Positions 1 through 10,419 are shown, numbered from the stretch's first letter. The stretch: DNA of 64,000 nucleotides from Bacteroidota bacterium (GCA_031421935.1 JANOPQ010000074.1:8296-72295); one strand, 5' to 3'. Made by a program: numbers and translations. Notes: generated by a model from the letters alone, not told the origin.

Positions 1-1126
1 GATCTTCGAAGATGGAATATAATCTTTCAGATTGTTTTGCAGATTCGGAGAATAGGAAATTAGTATATGCTTTTTTCTGATTTGAGAAAAGATCATCTAA
101 CAGCAAACCAAAATTTTTGTTAAAATGAGGTTGTGGCTTAGTAGAATAAGTGATTAGTTCTTCAGGTTGATAGTATGGTTTATTCCCAAGTTCAACTATG
201 ATATGTTTTTCTAATTTTTCTTTAAATAATTCAGGAGTGTCGAATAAATCATCAACTCTTCTTACTGCCTGCTCATCATCAATCTTAATTTCAACACCAT
301 ATTTTGCTGTGACCACCTCCATGGATGCTTGAATAGAGGTCAGTGAATAATGGAGATCTTTCGTGTAAATAATGGTATTGTCGGGGAGAAAATCAAAGAA
401 CGATTCGTGCTCTTCCGTAATAAGTCCTGATTGAATATTGGGAATCAAAGTAACAAATCCCATGCTTTGCTCACTCAATTGAGTAGAGGGGTCAAAGCTT
501 CTGATGGATTCAATTTTATCACCATTTAATTCTATTCTAAAAGGGAGTTCATGTGCATATGAATAGATATCCATAATCCCGCCTCGAATAGAATATTGTC
601 CTGGTTCAAAAACGAAATCAATTCGCTCAAATTTATTTTCTTGAAGAAATTCCATGAGAAAATCAAAGGTGAACTTTTCGCCTACTTTAATATCAAGCGT
701 GTTTCTTTCCAGTGTTTTTTTCGTGATGACTCTTTCTAAAGCCGCCTCAGCATCGGTAACAACAATGAAGTGATCTCTTGTTTTGTTGATGCGAGTTAAT
801 ACTTCAGCTCGTTGTAAAATATTGCCATTGTCAGGAAGGTCGATTTGATAAGGCTTCTTGTAGGAGGACGGATATAATACTGCTCTTCCAACTCCTAAAA
901 TATTTTCCAAATCATTTTGAAAATAGGCGGCTTCTTCTCTATCGCCAAATATGAATAAAGCAGGATGACGGTGTTCTTTAAAGAATGCAGCTAAGAGTAA
1001 TGCATCTGAAGAACCTGATAAACCTGCTAGATGAATACGATTACATTCACTTTTAAGCAATAACTTTTCAAGCCGACGTGATTGCGGCTGATCTAGTATT
1101 CTCTGTAATACACTATTTAAATCCAA
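1..1126 (-). CDS. mfd: Transcription-repair coupling factor Mfd, N-terminal ~375 aa (gene runs off the left edge)
   Basis: Absent from the ORF track because it has no in-window stop. My minus-strand translation starts at a TTG at 1126 (in-frame TAA at 1132-1130 just upstream) and stays open to position 1. It reads LDLNSVLQRILDQPQSRRLEKLL..IHLAGLSGSSDALLLAAFF..EEAAYFQNDLENILG..LYPSSYKKPYQ..FEPGQYSIRGGIMDIYSYAHELPFRIELNGDKIESIRSFDPSTQLS, which matches the Mfd N-terminal UvrB-homology module. Confidence 0.85.
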   Translation of the reverse strand, partial: MDLNSVLQRILDQPQSRRLEKLLLKSECNRIHLAGLSGSSDALLLAAFFKEHRHPALFIFGDREEAAYFQNDLENILGVGRAVLYPSSYKKPYQIDLPDNGNILQRAEVLTRINKTRDHFIVVTDAEAALERVITKKTLERNTLDIKVGEKFTFDFLMEFLQENKFERIDFVFEPGQYSIRGGIMDIYSYAHELPFRIELNGDKIESIRSFDPSTQLSEQSMGFVTLIPNIQSGLITEEHESFFDFLPDNTIIYTKDLHYSLTSIQASMEVVTAKYGVEIKIDDEQAVRRVDDLFDTPELFKEKLEKHIIVELGNKPYYQPEELITYSTKPQPHFNKNFGLLLDDLFSNQKKAYTNFLFSESAKQSERLYSIFED

Positions 1127-1160
1127 TCTTTATCGTAATAAGGAGAAGCCTACTTCGCTT

Positions 1161-2051
1161 TTAGTTAAAAGCAGGGCAACTTGCTTTTCTCTTTTTTCTT
1201 TTTCCGTTTTTCTTATTCCCACTTTTATTTCCGCTTTTTCCCGAATCTTTATCGTTGAATGGAGAATATAGGAGTGAGAGGCCAGCAAATACATAGGTGT
1301 CATTATTCTTTGGATTTCCTCTGCCAAATCCTTTGTTCGGATAACCATTTTCGAGATTACTAGCCATGATAACAGCTAATGCGCCTAATGGAGTTCCAGC
1401 TAATGCAGTCGAATCTGCATAAGCATCACTAAGGTCATCGAAATGATCTGTAAGCGTATAATGATTTATAATTTCTAATCGTAATGCAAAAGCATTCGTT
1501 AATTTGAATTCGACACCAATGCCATAGGGAAAAGAAAAATTATATTCTTTATATGGAGAATCATATCCTCCGTTTTGAATATTTTGTCCTTCTGTACCTA
1601 ATGCTCGAAGTTCGATTTCTCTGCCATTGAGTATAGCAACAGGATTATGATGAAAATAAGAAATACCTCCGACTAAATAGGGTGTTACTTTTCTAGTGCG
1701 TCCATCTTTATACCCTAAAAGTCGATACTCAACTTGAAGGGATGTATGCCATATATCATTTCTGAAATGTAAATTTCTTTGTAAATTAAAATCTTGAATG
1801 GCTAAGGAATCAGCTCCAACTACTTTTGCTGAAGCATAAGATCCTGTAATATATACTCGTTGACTAGCCTTGTAAAGGAGACCTGCTTTCCAATAATGTG
1901 AAAATAATTTTTTGTGCGTTAAAAGTCGATCGTTCATGTCGCCATAGTACCACGTAGTTCCTCCGCCAGCAAAAATCCCCCACCTAGATTGTGCTTGTAA
2001 CCCTGTTGATAGTCCGCAAAAAAGTAAAATAATAATTAATTTTTCTCGCAT
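1161..2051 (-). CDS. Outer-membrane beta-barrel protein, DUF6089-like; paralog of 25417..26313 and 26333..27235
   Basis: 296-aa ORF with signal peptide MREKLIIILLFCGLSTGLQAQ. Shares motifs with the two paralogs: F-H-x-NP, LGTEGQ, TD-[HY]-x-DD. Unlike them it carries a Lys-rich C-terminal tail. Confidence 0.8.
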   Translation of the reverse strand: MREKLIIILLFCGLSTGLQAQSRWGIFAGGGTTWYYGDMNDRLLTHKKLFSHYWKAGLLYKASQRVYITGSYASAKVVGADSLAIQDFNLQRNLHFRNDIWHTSLQVEYRLLGYKDGRTRKVTPYLVGGISYFHHNPVAILNGREIELRALGTEGQNIQNGGYDSPYKEYNFSFPYGIGVEFKLTNAFALRLEIINHYTLTDHFDDLSDAYADSTALAGTPLGALAVIMASNLENGYPNKGFGRGNPKNNDTYVFAGLSLLYSPFNDKDSGKSGNKSGNKKNGKRKKRKASCPAFN

Positions 2052-2067
2052 GTTCTCTCTAAATCTT

Positions 2068-3591
2068 TTAAGAATGAGTCAAAATTTTTCCGGTCATTTC
2101 TACAGGCGGTGTAATGCCCATCAAGTCTAATATCGTTGGCGCGATATCCGATAATCGACCATTGTTAATTTTTCTATTCTTATTGCCCGACACTAAAACG
2201 CATGGAACTGGATTTGTAGTATGCGCCGTATTGGGCGTTCCATCTGCATTTATCATTTTGTCAGCATTGCCATGATCCGCAATTATAATAAAAATATATT
2301 CTTTTTCTAATCCAATTTTTACCACTTCACTCAAACAAGAATCTACTGTTTCAACTGCTTTAATGGCTGCATTGAAATTTCCGGTATGTCCAACCATATC
2401 AGCATTCGCATAGTTTAAACAAATAAAGTCGGTCTTATTTTCTTGAATAACTTTTATCACTTCTTGAGTAACTAGATTCGCACTCATCTCGGGTTGTAAA
2501 TCGTAGGTAGCTACTTTTGGTGATGGTGCCATAATACGTTGCTCTCCTTGAAAGGCTTTTTCTCTCCCTCCATTGAAGAAAAAGGTAACGTGTGGATATT
2601 TTTCTGTCTCAGCTATGCGCAATTGAGTGCGGTTATTTGTTTCTAGAATTTCTCCTAATGTTTTAGTTAAGTTGTCTTTCTCATAAATAACACGTACGTC
2701 CTTATAAGAATCATCATAACGGGTCATGGTAACATAATGCAAAGGAATTTTTTTCATCGAAAATTCCAGCAGGTCCATCTGAGTAAGTACTTGAGTGATT
2801 TCTCTGCATCGGTCGGTACGGAAATTAAAACAAACAACTACATCATTTTTATTTATTGAGCCTATCGCTTCATTATTCGAATCGATAATAATGATAGGTT
2901 GAATAAATTCATCCGTAATATTTTCTTCATAGGAAGCAAGAATGCCTGCTTTCCAATCAAGCTGTGGATTTCCTTTCCCATGGACTAAAGCATCGTAAGC
3001 AATTTTTATTCGCTCCCATCTTTTATCACGATCCATTGCATAGTACCTACCGGTAATGCTTGCTATTTTTCCAGTGGAGACATCAAGATGTGATTGTAAT
3101 GCACTTAAATATTGTAGTCCACTTTTTGGATCCGTATCTCTTCCATCCGTGAAAGCATGAATAAAAACTTGCTTTAACCCATGTTCTTTAGCGAGTGTAC
3201 AAAGGTGTTTAAGATGATTAATATGGGAATGAACACCTCCATCCGAAACAAGCCCCATCAAATGCAGTGCAACATTATTTTCTTTAGCATTTTTAAATGC
3301 TTCTAAAAGGATGGGCTGTTGATCCAGCGTTTTTTCTCGCACCGCTTTGTTAATATTCGCCAACTCTTGCCACACGATTCTTCCAGCGCCTAAATTAAGG
3401 TGGCCAACTTCCGAATTTCCCATTTGTCCAACGGGCAATCCTACATCTTCACCTGAGGTAAGAAGTTGAGAATTCGGATATTCTGCTAATAAATGATCCA
3501 TAAAAGGGGTATCCGCTTGAGAAATAGCATTGCTACTACTTTTAGGAGCTATTCCCCATCCATCTAATATGATTAAAGCCGTTTTTTGCAT
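2068..3591 (-). CDS. gpmI: 2,3-bisphosphoglycerate-independent phosphoglycerate mutase
   Basis: 507-aa ORF with ILDGWG, GNSEVGHLNLGAGR, DGGVHSH and ADHGNAD motifs, full length for iPGM. Confidence 0.95.
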   Translation of the reverse strand: MQKTALIILDGWGIAPKSSSNAISQADTPFMDHLLAEYPNSQLLTSGEDVGLPVGQMGNSEVGHLNLGAGRIVWQELANINKAVREKTLDQQPILLEAFKNAKENNVALHLMGLVSDGGVHSHINHLKHLCTLAKEHGLKQVFIHAFTDGRDTDPKSGLQYLSALQSHLDVSTGKIASITGRYYAMDRDKRWERIKIAYDALVHGKGNPQLDWKAGILASYEENITDEFIQPIIIIDSNNEAIGSINKNDVVVCFNFRTDRCREITQVLTQMDLLEFSMKKIPLHYVTMTRYDDSYKDVRVIYEKDNLTKTLGEILETNNRTQLRIAETEKYPHVTFFFNGGREKAFQGEQRIMAPSPKVATYDLQPEMSANLVTQEVIKVIQENKTDFICLNYANADMVGHTGNFNAAIKAVETVDSCLSEVVKIGLEKEYIFIIIADHGNADKMINADGTPNTAHTTNPVPCVLVSGNKNRKINNGRLSDIAPTILDLMGITPPVEMTGKILTHS

Positions 3592-3619
3592 GCAATTACT
3601 AGGAATAATTAGTTAAATG

Positions 3620-3627
3620 CAAAGTTA
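3620..3627 (-). promoter_or_regulatory. Candidate Bacteroidota -7 box (TAACTTTG = TAnnTTTG) upstream of gpmI
   Basis: Plus strand reads caaagtta, a perfect TAnnTTTG on the minus strand 29-36 nt upstream of the gpmI ATG. No clear -33 TTG seen. Confidence 0.35.
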
Positions 3628-3773
3628 TTCAAAATACTGTGTACGGAGCAGGTTATTCATCATAAAAACATCAAAATCTTAAGAGGATTTATTTTATTCT
3701 GTGTAGGTTGTGACCAAAGCAGTAACATTTATTGTCGCCTATTTAAATGCTGAAGCAGCATGCGCTGTAGCTC

Positions 3774-4751
3774 TTAATTCCCGATAGGAAATTTTATTTC
3801 GAAAATAGATCCTTGGGGATAATTGTCTCTGACTTTTATGACGCCTTTATGCAGGTTAACAATATGTTGAACAATAAACAAACCTAAACCAGTCCCTTTT
3901 GTTCTTCGAGTATCTTCATTTCCAATTCGGTAAAATTTTTCGAAAATTCTTTGTTTTTCGTTCTCTGGAATGCCATTCCCTTGATCCATAACATGAACGA
4001 TCACATACTCGTGTGAAGTGCTCAGTATAATTTCAATTTTACTTCCTTCTGGCGAATATTTCTCAGCATTCTCAATTAGATTGAAAAATAATGAACTTAG
4101 TGCTAATTTATCTCCAAGTAGTCGAATTCCAGGAGGAATGTGTTTAATGATAGCATGTTCGTGATCTATTCTTGAAATGTACTCTTCAATGAGTGAATTT
4201 AAAAAATGCGAAAAATCAAGTTGTTCAAAATAAAATTCGAAATTATCACTTTCTAGTCGTGCTGCGAAAAGAGCGTTTTCAACTAGATTGTGTATTCTTT
4301 CGGTTTCAATTAAGGATCTTCTGATGATCGTTTGTTGTTGAGTGCGTTCAAGCTCCCTTTTCTGTAGCGTTTGTAAATTTAATTTAACGGCGGCTAAAGG
4401 TGATTTGAATTCGTGCGTAATGGAAAGTAGAAAGTTTTTCTGTTGTCTAGCTAGATTGAATTCTTTTCTAAATGCTTCTTTGGTTTTATAAATACCAAAA
4501 ATTAATAATCCAAGGAACACTGATCCTTCTCCAAGTACCATCCACATCCTTTTATTTAATTCTTTGTTGAAAATAAATTTCGCAGCTTGAATGGACTCTT
4601 TACTAAGCTGGCTGAGATCTGAAATTTCAATTCGATATTGAATAACTTCTTTGTTGAGATCGATTAACATATAGGCCCACCATGAAAATTGGAGTAGGAT
4701 GTAAGCAACTAGGATGTAAAAGAGAAGAAGAGGTCGAGCCATACTTTGCAT
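3774..4751 (-). CDS. Sensor histidine kinase (two TM helices, HisKA + HATPase_c, no obvious sensor domain)
   Basis: 325-aa ORF with H-box SITHEFKSPLAAV, N-box LIENAEKYS, DQGNGIP and GTGLGL. Hydrophobic segments near residues 7-30 and 70-90. Confidence 0.9.
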   Translation of the reverse strand: MQSMARPLLLFYILVAYILLQFSWWAYMLIDLNKEVIQYRIEISDLSQLSKESIQAAKFIFNKELNKRMWMVLGEGSVFLGLLIFGIYKTKEAFRKEFNLARQQKNFLLSITHEFKSPLAAVKLNLQTLQKRELERTQQQTIIRRSLIETERIHNLVENALFAARLESDNFEFYFEQLDFSHFLNSLIEEYISRIDHEHAIIKHIPPGIRLLGDKLALSSLFFNLIENAEKYSPEGSKIEIILSTSHEYVIVHVMDQGNGIPENEKQRIFEKFYRIGNEDTRRTKGTGLGLFIVQHIVNLHKGVIKVRDNYPQGSIFEIKFPIGN

Positions 4752-4854
4752 AATACAAAGGTAAAGTTATAAAATTCAAACCAAATTATGTATTAACATA
4801 ACTGGCTCATTCAGGCTTATTAAAAGTAAAGTGTTTGTAATGGTTTAACCTCGG

Positions 4855-7800
4855 TTAATCGTCAATTTGGGTGTTGGTCGTATTTCCATCCACCGTTTTG
4901 ATAGGAATCCAGGTGCCTTGCGGACTCAAAAACTCTATGGTATAGTTGTCAATACCCGTGTCCCACTGTTCATATTTATTCCAATTGAGATAAATTCTAT
5001 GATCTTTCCATTTTCCACCTAAAACAATGGTTTTTCCAATGTTACTTTCTTTTCCATCGAGATTACAGTCATTCACAACAATTACTTTGTACGTATAACT
5101 TTGTTGTTGCACGTCAACATCAGCATCAATAAAGTAAGTTACGTTTGATGGGGTTGTGCTTAAATAACTAAAGTTAATTTTATCAGTACTACGATAAATT
5201 TTATATTCCAAAACACGATTTGGTAATAATGATGGTACCATCCATTCAGTAAGAATATTAGTATTGTCAATGACGGTCGATCGTACAATATTGCTTTGCT
5301 GGTTTAATAAAACATTAACAGGCCAGATAGCGGATGTATCACTGAAAGAGTTGAAAGTGTTTCCGCAAAGATCCAAGGCTTCTACTTTGTATTCATACTG
5401 AAAAGGACATGTAATCGTTGAATCAATAAAGTTTAAAGTGCTACCAGAAACATTGCTTAGTAATACGGGGCTTCCATTGGGTCTCTCTGTTCTATACAAA
5501 TTATAGGATCCTACTAAACATCCTCCATACGGTGTCCAATTAATGAATATAATCAAGCCATTTTTACTTGTGCTAATATCTATTGTGGTATGTGGAGTAG
5601 AACTTGTTAACGGTAATTCATAGCCACAATAATCGATGGTTTGAAGTAAATAAGTGTACGTATTGATTTTAGTATTTAATCCGTTGTCAGTATAACTGCT
5701 GGTAGGTGCCGTTGATTGTAAAACTGGATTGTTATCCGTGTATATTAAGTCCCACGTCGAATTTGGGACATTAAATCTATACAATTTGTATGCGACAATG
5801 TCTGATTCAATTCCGTTGAACCAAATGATGTTTACTTGATCATCACTTAATACACTAACCGATGCTATTTGATTTGCTACAGGTGGAATGGTGTCAAAAA
5901 CTTCTAGGAAATCAGTTTCGATTATGGTGTCTGTACAACCATTATTGTTGGTGACAATTAAGGAAACATCATATACCCCAGTGCTTGTGCAATTGATAGA
6001 TGGATTTAATTGATTCGATGTAGTAAATCCAAAATTCCAGTTATAAGTTGGTTGCAGCGTATCAGAAATAGTAGTTGTATAATTGACTAAATCGTTGAAG
6101 CAAGCCTGTTGATTGTTTAGTATTGATGAGATTTGAGGAGTTAAAAGTGCTGTGACACCCGGATTGAAATAAAAGGTATCCGAACATCCAAAATTATTGA
6201 TAACCGTCATTGTGGGATTGTAATTTCCTGCAATGGTATAGGTGTAGCTTGGATCACTCAATGTGCTGCTAATTCCATTTCCAAAATTCCAGAAATATGT
6301 TAATCCACCTGTTGATGAGTTTGTAAATTGGACGGATAGGGGCGCGCATCCTGAATTAATATCTATAGACGCATTTGCAGCCGGTGATGGATTTACTATA
6401 ATATTTTGTACAGCAGTATCGCTACATCCATTCGCATTGGTTATGATTAACTCAATGGAATAATTTCCAACTGGAATATTTTGTGGTGAGAAAATATTTC
6501 CGTTCCCTGTGAATCCATTGCTGCATGTCCAGTTGTAATTTGGATTTTGTGTGCTTTGTGATCCATCTGTAAATTGAAAATTTGCTGGATCACATCCTAC
6601 TGTATCACTAGAAATAATGATGGCTTCTGGAGTTTGTAATACATCTATTCCAGAGTTAAATTGGAAGGTATCTCTGCATCCATAGGAAGTGATCGCAACT
6701 AGTTGTGGATTAAACAAGCCACTTTGTAAATAAGTATGTGAAGGATTTAATGTAGTGCTTGTGTTTCCATCTCCAAAAGTCCATTCAAATTGAATGGCAC
6801 CTTGAGAGTTATTAATAAATCCTGTGCTGAAACTATTACACCCTACAGAATCCGTCACACTTGCGGAGGCTATTGGAGCTGGATGTATACGCAATTGAAC
6901 AGGATAAACATAGGAAGAAGTACATCCAATGGAATCACGTGTAATTAATGAAACCGTATAATTCCCAGTGTCAGGATAAATGTGATTGGGATTTTGTAGT
7001 GAATCAATGGCCCCATCTCCAAAGTCCCAACTCCATTGACTTGCGTTGATGGAGGAGTCGATGAATGCAATATTTTCTCCTTGACAACCACTCAAAGTTG
7101 AGATTCCAAATAATGTTAAAGTGCCAGGAATGGAAATATAATCGGGTTTAACAATGGTATCGATACATCCGTAACTATTGGTTGCAATAAGTGTTATTGA
7201 ATAAGTGCCTGGTATATAATATATATGTTGAGGGTTGATATTTGAAGATGTTCCACCATCTCCAAAGAGCCAACTAAATTGCGTGGCGTCATTGGTCGTA
7301 TTTGCAAAACTGATTTGTGTTGGCGAGCATCCAGCTAATGAAGGAGAGAAGAAATCAGCAATAGGCGTAGAGACATGAACCATGTCGTTGTAAACTATGG
7401 TGTCAAAACATCCGCCGGGGAATTCAGCAATTAATGTAACAGTGTAAAACCCATTGGCATTGTAAATATGAGTTGGATGTTGTAAAGAGGAAGTGCCGCC
7501 ATCACCAAATTGCCAATTCCAATTGATAGCACCATTCGATAAATCTGTGAAATTTGTAGTGAGCGGTAAGCAACCAATAGAAACATCGACCGACGCACCT
7601 GCAGCATAATAAGGGAAAGGAGCTAACTTGGCAGAATCAATGCATCCATTATTGTCTGTAATAAAGAGTACGATGGAATCTGTTGGGTCACTAAAATAAG
7701 TATAAATTGGATTTTGCGTTTGAGCACTATCTCCATTTCCAAAATACCAATTCCATTGCACAGCCGAAGCTGAACTTTGATCATTGAAGTTGACAGTAAC

Positions 7801-10368
7801 CGGCATGCATTGACCACTCGTTGTAAATGTAAATGCTGCATTTGGATCTGCAACGGTGATGTAATTTGTAAAAACCGTAGTTACCGAACAAGAATTAATA
7901 GTTGCAGTTAATGTAATGGAATATGTTCCTCCTAGCTGATAAGTATGTGTTGGATTGCTGTCTGTACTTGTTATTCCATCTCCAAAATCCCAAAGGTAGC
8001 TGTTCGCATTCTGTGATGTATTTTGAAATGATATTGGAATATGAATACAAGCTACATTCGGAGAATTAAAGGATGGAATTGGGTTGTTGACTACAACAGG
8101 CTGCGCTAAATTAAATGTGTCTAAACAACCTAAAGTGTCTCGAGTTACTACAGTAACTTGATAATTTCCAGCTGTAGCATAAGTATGTGACGGTTGCAAT
8201 TGATTGGAATTCGTTCCATCTCCAAAGAACCAAGTAGCTGCTGTGAAAGCAGGTAAATTTGTTAGCGTAAAATTCACACTTGATCCTAAACATAAATCAT
8301 AGGTTGAAGCTTGAGTTGGATTCGGATGTCCAAGTGTAATCGTTTTACTAATGGAAGTCATACAACCTTCTCCAACCGTAATATTTAAAGTAATCACATA
8401 AGTTCCACTTTGTGTATAAGTGTGTGTAGGATTTGCTAATGTAGAAGTACCTCCATCTCCAAAATCCCAATTATAAGCAGTGATATTTAAAGTTTGAGTT
8501 GAAAAATTAAGTACATAGGGTTTACATGAATTCCCAAAAGTAATATCGATGGGGCGAGGAATGTATGGAATGACTTTTACTATGGCGTATGGATTGAATG
8601 TTTGCGAGCAACCACCGGCCATTGAAGTTTGCAATGTAACAATGTAAGTGCCCGGCGCAGTATAGATGGTGCTGGGTGATTGTGAAGAAGAACTACTTCC
8701 ATTCCCAAAATTCCAGTTCCATGAATTACTGCCGATAGTAGGGTCTGTGAATGCGATGGGGTTGTCTTGACAAACATACATGGTATCTGGAACAGTATAA
8801 GGTGTTGTTCCACTTACCACTTTTATATGGTTTGATTTATAAACAGTATCTATACACCCAAAGGAATTAGTAACAACAAGCCATACGTTGTAATCGCCAA
8901 TGGTATTGTATGTATGTGTAGGATTGAGTGCGGTTGATGTAGTTCCATCACCAAAGTTCCAAAAATATCCAGTTATGTTGATTGGATTTCCTGTATGTGT
9001 AAATTGAACCGTCATGCCGGGACAACCTATTCTAGGTGCAGCGGTGAAGTAAGCTGTCGGTGCAAAGACTCTTACAAGCTGACTTTTAGTTAGTGCAATT
9101 TGACAACCGTATGTGGAAGTAGCAGTAAGGGTAACCGAAAAATATCCCCCTTGGTTATAAGTTGTTGATGGATTTGTAAGGATTGATGAGTCTCCATTAC
9201 CAAATTTCCATGAATATGAAGTTGCTCCAACTGTTAAGTTTACAAACTGAGCAGTGTATGGCACACATCCACTATCCTGAACTACTGTGAAATTTACAAA
9301 TGGCATTCCATCTACATGTACAATATTCGAAACTGTTACACTACCATTGCAACCACTTGCAGTGGTAACAGTTAATGAAACAGAATAATTTCCTGCTGCA
9401 TTATATGTATGAATTGGATTGTCTAAAGTAGATGTGGTGCCATCACCAAAATCCCATAACCAAGAAGTAGCATTGGGAACCGTGCAATCAAATTGAATGG
9501 TTACATTTCCACATCCACCACTATCACTCATGGTGAAAGATGGAATTAAGGAATTACCTATAGTAATATTATTGGAAGAGTAGGTGGTGTCAATGCAACC
9601 GTTGTTGGATGTAACAATAAGTCGTATTGGGTAAGAGCCAGGAGCACCATATTGATGCGAAGGATTTTGAACTGAAGAAGTAGTACCATCTCCAAAATTC
9701 CAATTCCAATTTGAAATACTACTTGCCGAACCTGTGAATTGAAAAATAGTATTTACATCACACGACGAATATTGATTCGCACTTATCTGGGCAAAGGGAG
9801 ATGGGTTTACGGTGATGTAATTGCTTTTTATTTCGATGTCTTGGCATCCGTAAATATTGGTGGCAATTAATTTAATATTATAAGTACCGGGTGTATTGTA
9901 TTGGTGAGTGGTGTTGGTTGCATTGGAAGAACTTCCGTCTCCAAAGTCCCAGATATAAGCAGATGCACCTGTAGAAGTGTTCGTAAAAGTAATGGACTCT
10001 GAGGAGCAAACAGAAAGTGGAGAGGCAGTAAAGTTGGCAATGGGATCACCTAAAATTGTGATTACACCCGTGGCAGTATCTTTTCCTCCCGTAGAAGAAG
10101 TTGCAATTAATACAACGGTATAGTTTCCTGCGTTAATATAGGACGAGGAAGGATTTTGTAAACTTGAATTATTTCCATTTCCTAAACTCCATTGATAACT
10201 AATCGCTCCTGACGAAGTGTTTGTAAAATTAATTAGTAAAGGTGCGCAGCCACTATCCTGACTCGTTGTAAACGAAGCTACGGGCACTTGGGCCCGTAGC
10301 ATTGTTGTTGTCAACAAAAGAAATAGGCCTAAGTAATTTTTTAAAAATTCTTTTGCCAGTCTATTCAT
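4855..10368 (-). CDS. Very large secreted/cell-surface protein: signal peptide, about 18 tandem PKD domains, then about 4 Fn3-like modules
   Basis: 1837-aa ORF with N-terminal signal peptide (..LLLTTTMLRAQ). I count 18 units with the signature [WYF]-x-W-x-FG[DN]G-x-[ST]S-x(3)-NP-x-H-x-Y..G.Y.V.L..GC.D. The last ~450 aa hold modules with Y-x-[IL]-YR and D-x-CG motifs. Confidence 0.9.
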   Translation of the reverse strand: MNRLAKEFLKNYLGLFLLLTTTMLRAQVPVASFTTSQDSGCAPLLINFTNTSSGAISYQWSLGNGNNSSLQNPSSSYINAGNYTVVLIATSSTGGKDTATGVITILGDPIANFTASPLSVCSSESITFTNTSTGASAYIWDFGDGSSSNATNTTHQYNTPGTYNIKLIATNIYGCQDIEIKSNYITVNPSPFAQISANQYSSCDVNTIFQFTGSASSISNWNWNFGDGTTSSVQNPSHQYGAPGSYPIRLIVTSNNGCIDTTYSSNNITIGNSLIPSFTMSDSGGCGNVTIQFDCTVPNATSWLWDFGDGTTSTLDNPIHTYNAAGNYSVSLTVTTASGCNGSVTVSNIVHVDGMPFVNFTVVQDSGCVPYTAQFVNLTVGATSYSWKFGNGDSSILTNPSTTYNQGGYFSVTLTATSTYGCQIALTKSQLVRVFAPTAYFTAAPRIGCPGMTVQFTHTGNPINITGYFWNFGDGTTSTALNPTHTYNTIGDYNVWLVVTNSFGCIDTVYKSNHIKVVSGTTPYTVPDTMYVCQDNPIAFTDPTIGSNSWNWNFGNGSSSSSQSPSTIYTAPGTYIVTLQTSMAGGCSQTFNPYAIVKVIPYIPRPIDITFGNSCKPYVLNFSTQTLNITAYNWDFGDGGTSTLANPTHTYTQSGTYVITLNITVGEGCMTSISKTITLGHPNPTQASTYDLCLGSSVNFTLTNLPAFTAATWFFGDGTNSNQLQPSHTYATAGNYQVTVVTRDTLGCLDTFNLAQPVVVNNPIPSFNSPNVACIHIPISFQNTSQNANSYLWDFGDGITSTDSNPTHTYQLGGTYSITLTATINSCSVTTVFTNYITVADPNAAFTFTTSGQCMPVTVNFNDQSSASAVQWNWYFGNGDSAQTQNPIYTYFSDPTDSIVLFITDNNGCIDSAKLAPFPYYAAGASVDVSIGCLPLTTNFTDLSNGAINWNWQFGDGGTSSLQHPTHIYNANGFYTVTLIAEFPGGCFDTIVYNDMVHVSTPIADFFSPSLAGCSPTQISFANTTNDATQFSWLFGDGGTSSNINPQHIYYIPGTYSITLIATNSYGCIDTIVKPDYISIPGTLTLFGISTLSGCQGENIAFIDSSINASQWSWDFGDGAIDSLQNPNHIYPDTGNYTVSLITRDSIGCTSSYVYPVQLRIHPAPIASASVTDSVGCNSFSTGFINNSQGAIQFEWTFGDGNTSTTLNPSHTYLQSGLFNPQLVAITSYGCRDTFQFNSGIDVLQTPEAIIISSDTVGCDPANFQFTDGSQSTQNPNYNWTCSNGFTGNGNIFSPQNIPVGNYSIELIITNANGCSDTAVQNIIVNPSPAANASIDINSGCAPLSVQFTNSSTGGLTYFWNFGNGISSTLSDPSYTYTIAGNYNPTMTVINNFGCSDTFYFNPGVTALLTPQISSILNNQQACFNDLVNYTTTISDTLQPTYNWNFGFTTSNQLNPSINCTSTGVYDVSLIVTNNNGCTDTIIETDFLEVFDTIPPVANQIASVSVLSDDQVNIIWFNGIESDIVAYKLYRFNVPNSTWDLIYTDNNPVLQSTAPTSSYTDNGLNTKINTYTYLLQTIDYCGYELPLTSSTPHTTIDISTSKNGLIIFINWTPYGGCLVGSYNLYRTERPNGSPVLLSNVSGSTLNFIDSTITCPFQYEYKVEALDLCGNTFNSFSDTSAIWPVNVLLNQQSNIVRSTVIDNTNILTEWMVPSLLPNRVLEYKIYRSTDKINFSYLSTTPSNVTYFIDADVDVQQQSYTYKVIVVNDCNLDGKESNIGKTIVLGGKWKDHRIYLNWNKYEQWDTGIDNYTIEFLSPQGTWIPIKTVDGNTTNTQIDD

Positions 10369-10419
10369 ATCATTTCTTAACCCCTTTTTGGCAAATTGGT
10401 TTTAGTTATTTATTCTTAT

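Noticed and set aside
1130-1348. 72-aa minus-strand ORF overlapping the 3' end of the 296-aa barrel gene
   Set aside because: It is a different frame of the same purine-rich tract that encodes the Lys-rich tail, and its low-complexity K/E-rich translation supports no independent gene. The ORF's upstream end (1348) is internal to the barrel gene.
6263-10049. Several 60-77-aa ORFs inside or antisense to the giant PKD gene (6263..6463, 7623..7853, 8111..8293, 8580..8813, 9867..10049)
   Set aside because: The 1837-aa frame is continuous and carries the periodic PKD signature throughout. The small ORFs are alternative-frame artefacts of a repetitive gene.
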